From assembly GCA_965215265.1 (NCBI GenBank), contig OZ244048.1:2528001-2592000 (forward strand): a DNA stretch of 64,000 bases, in the 5' to 3' direction. The stretch comes from Candidatus Poribacteria bacterium. Lineage in GTDB: Bacteria; Poribacteria; WGA-4E; WGA-3G. The notes beneath the pieces are model-generated. The model had not been told where the DNA came from and did not search any database. It worked only from the letters and a program-made list of their open reading frames with translations. Numbering within the stretch: position 1 is the stretch's first letter; each line of letters starts with the position of its first letter. This document shows positions 60,452 through 64,000 of this stretch, piece by piece. Both the position numbers and the translations under genes were made by a program.

Positions 60452-60919
60452 TTAACGCTTTTTTAGTGTCGGTGCTTTCAATTCTGGTGCGTTCGGTTTC
60501 TTCTGTTCTGGGACGGCGAAGGCGATATAATTCCGTTTGCCGAGTTGTTGCATGAACATAATGAGTGAGGTTTCGGCTTCTTTTCGTGTTAACTGATGTT
60601 CTTTTTGTATACCTTTGATAATTTGTGCGATGGTATGTTTTCCGTCACACCGGTACCATACATAGGAGCCCATCGCATCGAGGACAATGACGCGTTTATT
60701 GGGGAGCATGAAGAATTTGCTAGCGAGTCGTACCCACAATTTATCTTTCTGTGGGACGACAAGCGACGTTTCCCCTTTGTCATCGACTTCCCATGTGATG
60801 AGTTCGTTTCGGACAGGAAACACTTGCATCAAGCGGTTCCTGTCCATGTCTGGGCGTTTCTTCAATTTGAGTGCGTATAGAATTCTATTGAGCATTTTTT
60901 GTATACTGTAGCCCAACAA
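60452..60919 (-). CDS. PqqD-family / RRE-domain protein
   Basis: LDAMGSYVW..CDG.HTI.QI......EAE......L.K pattern. Start may be at 60895. Confidence 0.8.
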   Translation of the reverse strand: MLGYSIQKMLNRILYALKLKKRPDMDRNRLMQVFPVRNELITWEVDDKGETSLVVPQKDKLWVRLASKFFMLPNKRVIVLDAMGSYVWYRCDGKHTIAQIIKGIQKEHQLTRKEAETSLIMFMQQLGKRNYIAFAVPEQKKPNAPELKAPTLKKR

Positions 60920-60988
60920 CGCCTGATGTTTTGTTAATCACTGTGTACATCTCGTCAGAGCCGTTTATGTTTAGATTCATATTAAGAG

Positions 60989-62125
60989 TTAATGGCATTG
61001 AATACTGAGTGCGACTTGTTGTGCGACGTGCATAACATCCGTTTTTCCGATGGCTTGGATAACATAGATTCGGTTTGCTAGATGACAGTGCCATAGATGA
61101 AACGCAAGGGTTGTCCGTTTAGAGAGTTTATCTAGGGCGAGTACCGGTGTAAGCGGTACCCCATCGTAGAAGCGTGTCTCTTGTCCTATGAGGGTTAAGC
61201 GTTCATCGTCAGTTCCGGTGTGTGGGATAACCTCAAATCCGTAGCCACGAATCGCTTTTGCGTATTTTGTGCGAAACCATGCTTCCAACGGTCTAGGTTC
61301 TGCTGTGTAATCGCTGAGGACGAGTTCGGCGGGTCCGTAGCGTTCAATGCTGAGTCGCTGCCGTTCGGGCATGAGGCGTGCTGCTGACTGCGCATTCGCT
61401 TTTCCGGCGGAACGTACAAAACTGGGTGCCCGTTTGGCGACGAAAGAGAACAACAGGTATCCACTTAGCAGTTTTTGCCGTTCTAATTTGTATTCCTTTG
61501 GGACTGTCATCTGGAGTCCATAAGCGCTCCAGAGTGTGTTTTGCGTGTCAATGCGTTCGGCGATTGATTGGAAGATGCGAAGTACAGTCGGCCGCCAATT
61601 CTCTTTCAGGCGTCCCATGACTTGTACAATGATTATCCGTTTCTTTTGTCTGCGGAGTTTGAGCATTAGTTTTCGGCCTCTGCTCAAATTCTCTCCGTTT
61701 CGCTGCGAGTGTGTGTAGAAAATAAGTCCATTGGCCCGGATGCTGCCTTTCCAGCTAAAGCCGAGGACGGTGCAGTCTTCAAGGAATTCGGGTTCTTTAA
61801 TGAGTGTCACATTTCGTCGGAAGGCGAGGTCAGTGCCTTTTTTGTAAGTCTTGCGAATGAGTTTGAAATATTCGTCGAGCGTTGCATGAAGGTCAGGTTT
61901 CTTGCGTCGCGTTTGTGCCCATTTAATTTCGAGGCGTGGCATCTGATCATCGTCAAGACGGAGGTATCCGTTTCTTTCGTCCCCACTGAGTCCGCTGAGT
62001 TCCCAGTTTTTAGGGATTTCAAGTTGTATGCCCGCCCATCCAAAAAGGGTCCAATCCATTTTTTGTTGTTGCATAGATAGGAATCGGTTATGAAAAATGG
62101 GGTGCATTTTCCATAACCGGTACAT
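60989..62125 (-). CDS. hypothetical protein with two related halves (W.G..L..P....L....G)
   Basis: Long ORF coupled to the upstream transporter; FGWAGIQLEIPKNWEL and WSAYGLQMTVPKEYKL repeats. Confidence 0.7.
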   Translation of the reverse strand: MYRLWKMHPIFHNRFLSMQQQKMDWTLFGWAGIQLEIPKNWELSGLSGDERNGYLRLDDDQMPRLEIKWAQTRRKKPDLHATLDEYFKLIRKTYKKGTDLAFRRNVTLIKEPEFLEDCTVLGFSWKGSIRANGLIFYTHSQRNGENLSRGRKLMLKLRRQKKRIIIVQVMGRLKENWRPTVLRIFQSIAERIDTQNTLWSAYGLQMTVPKEYKLERQKLLSGYLLFSFVAKRAPSFVRSAGKANAQSAARLMPERQRLSIERYGPAELVLSDYTAEPRPLEAWFRTKYAKAIRGYGFEVIPHTGTDDERLTLIGQETRFYDGVPLTPVLALDKLSKRTTLAFHLWHCHLANRIYVIQAIGKTDVMHVAQQVALSIQCH

Positions 62126-62128
62126 CCT

Positions 62129-64000
62129 CTAAAACGGTTTGACAATAACGGCTTTGGAAACGAGTGCAATTGCGACGGTTCCCATGCCTATCAAGCCGAC
62201 GCCACATGCGAATCCTGCAGCGAGTACTGGATTGAACATATACCAGCGTCGCATTCCAAACCGCTTAATCATATAAAATCGTCCGATGACAGCGCCGAGC
62301 AGGCGTGTGACCATGCTGCCTGGGTCTGCGCCAATTCCGCCGATGATGCCGTAATACCACATAGAGGGTAGTTTGAACACCCATAGCATGCCGTAGATGG
62401 CGAGACTTGAGGTGAAGCCGGCGGAGACATAATCGCCTCGTATAGCTTGCAGCATCTGGCTATTTCCATCTCGTAGCGAGGTTTTCCAAAGACACTCATT
62501 CGTTGCATTGATCGGCCACATCATCTGTGCGAAGGGGTATTGCGCGCTCGGAATGGGCGCGATTTGCCAGATAAAATGCAGAACGACAATTCCACTGACA
62601 ATCAGAATCGGCATAATTAGCAGTGTGCCGGCGAGATTTGAGGTAAACGTCGTGCCTGTTAATTCCAGTACACGCCAGCTCTGTGTACCCCGCCCGTAAT
62701 CTTCATCAGGCAGCGGTGCGAACCAGATATCAATCTCTTCATACCGGCTTAAAATAAAGGTAATTTCATGCAGATACGGAATTTCAAACAGGTCTCGTCC
62801 GAGTACGCCGAACGTCCGTGCCGTGATATAGGAGTTAATGGGCGTATATAAGAAGGCATAACCGAGTAAGAAGCTGAGTGGGAAGTTAGGGACCATCCAA
62901 TGGATGAGCCAGACAAACCCGCCCATGCCGACAAGCCACATAGCACCCATGAGCCAGATAGGGAAATCCCCTCGGTTCGGTGGTGTTGCAAACGAGCCGC
63001 GTTCGCCTGCACGTTTCTGTGATCTTCGCAGTTTAAAAAGCATCGGAATCGAGGCGGCCATTCCGACGGCTGCGAGACTAAATGATTTGCCTATGCCATA
63101 ACTAATCCAGAAATCGAGTCCATTGAATAGTCCTACGCCTCGGACATCCAAGCCCGGTGTCCATTGATATAAAATTTCGTATCTGTACAGAATGTGTGGG
63201 TTCAAGATAAATTGTGATGCCATCGCGGTTAAGAATTCTGTCATGATAATAGGGAACGGCATGACGAATCCGATGAGCATCTGCCCAAAGTCTGTGCGGA
63301 ACGCGAATACACCGGTGGGTGCGAAGCCCTCAATGCTCTGGGTGAAATCGATCCAGGGTATCTTCAGGATCTCAATCGGTTGGCTCATCATCACCCCGGT
63401 GAGTGATGGCACGCCAATGTAGAGGAATCCCCAGATCAGGCCGGCCATGGAGCCGATAGAGAAGACTTGCCAACGCCAGGTCTCCTCTTTTCCGGTGGTT
63501 TCCGCGAGTGCGGTGGCACCTTGTGCACTAATGGGTGCCATGGGGTATGGTAGCCGCTCGAGATCTGCGGTAAGTCGGAATAAGATGTACTGCCCACTGA
63601 CAAAACGTAGGGTGCCGAGGAGTTTGCCTGCGAGATAAATGCCGATAGGTAAAAACCAGTCTGGGTGTAGGAGGTTGCGCGTCAGTACGCCGACAGAGTC
63701 CCCTGCAGGTACAATCCATGCTGGAATTTTATCTGCGATTTCATAAGATGCCGCTTGCGGTGTGTTGACGAAGTAGGCGTACCAGATAAAATTTCGGTAT
63801 TGCATTCCACTTCCGACTGCGGCGCCGGTTAGGCCGAGGAGCATATAGAGCTCCTGTCGCCGTGCGGTTGTAAAGGAGCGGCGTGCGAGTTCGGTGAATA
63901 GGATGACAGCGACCCATGGTGCGGCTTCGGCTCCGGATTGCCCGGAGACATAACTGAGATAGATGGAGCCGGGCATCATCAGCAATCCGACGAAGAGCGC
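62129..64000 (-). CDS. OPT-like multi-pass membrane transporter (5' end beyond the window)
   Basis: Many TM helices and an ERLPYP.A motif typical of OPT-like/peptide transporters; the frame is open to position 64000. Confidence 0.75.
   Translation of the reverse strand, partial: ALFVGLLMMPGSIYLSYVSGQSGAEAAPWVAVILFTELARRSFTTARRQELYMLLGLTGAAVGSGMQYRNFIWYAYFVNTPQAASYEIADKIPAWIVPAGDSVGVLTRNLLHPDWFLPIGIYLAGKLLGTLRFVSGQYILFRLTADLERLPYPMAPISAQGATALAETTGKEETWRWQVFSIGSMAGLIWGFLYIGVPSLTGVMMSQPIEILKIPWIDFTQSIEGFAPTGVFAFRTDFGQMLIGFVMPFPIIMTEFLTAMASQFILNPHILYRYEILYQWTPGLDVRGVGLFNGLDFWISYGIGKSFSLAAVGMAASIPMLFKLRRSQKRAGERGSFATPPNRGDFPIWLMGAMWLVGMGGFVWLIHWMVPNFPLSFLLGYAFLYTPINSYITARTFGVLGRDLFEIPYLHEITFILSRYEEIDIWFAPLPDEDYGRGTQSWRVLELTGTTFTSNLAGTLLIMPILIVSGIVVLHFIWQIAPIPSAQYPFAQMMWPINATNECLWKTSLRDGNSQMLQAIRGDYVSAGFTSSLAIYGMLWVFKLPSMWYYGIIGGIGADPGSMVTRLLGAVIGRFYMIKRFGMRRWYMFNPVLAAGFACGVGLIGMGTVAIALVSKAVIVKPF

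Noticed and set aside
1-64000. tRNA, rRNA, tmRNA or T-box elements
   Set aside because: No cloverleaf/TpsiC or rRNA-like signatures were recognised in the intergenic regions by eye; a tRNAscan/Infernal run would be needed to exclude them formally.

Overview
Bacterial chromosomal window with about 45 protein genes. The gene style (LamG protein ending KLxxTWGxLK, cohesin/dockerin surface proteins with an FPNPFNPETWIPY C-terminal domain, Rpn-family genes, many R-M genes, a WD40 remnant) suggests a sponge-symbiont-type genome such as Candidatus Poribacteria; this is inferred, not proven. Housekeeping genes include mmsA, ctpA, gatCA, pcrA, uvrA, argF, thrC, holA, hisZ-hisG-hisS, a galU-like gene, ABC transporters and oxidoreductases. 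Defence loci are two type II R-M modules (one with two tandem paralogous endonucleases), a divergent pair of Rpn genes that each carry an internal SD+ATG for an intragenic small protein, an orphan DUF1156 methyltransferase and a type IIG R-M fusion. The main unannotated signals are: (1) adjacent secreted cohesin-Spondin_N and CxxCH-Reeler-like-dockerin genes that could assemble into an F-spondin-like complex; (2) a His-leader attenuator upstream of hisZGS; (3) a possible UGA-selenocysteine readthrough in an FmdB zinc-ribbon gene; (4) an internally duplicated active/inactive nucleotidyltransferase; (5) a ~140-150 bp self-complementary repeat flanking an Rpn gene and a dispersed ~50 bp intergenic repeat; (6) an OPT-like transporter/PqqD(RRE)/ABC cluster at the right edge. 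No rRNA, tRNA or CRISPR array was seen.
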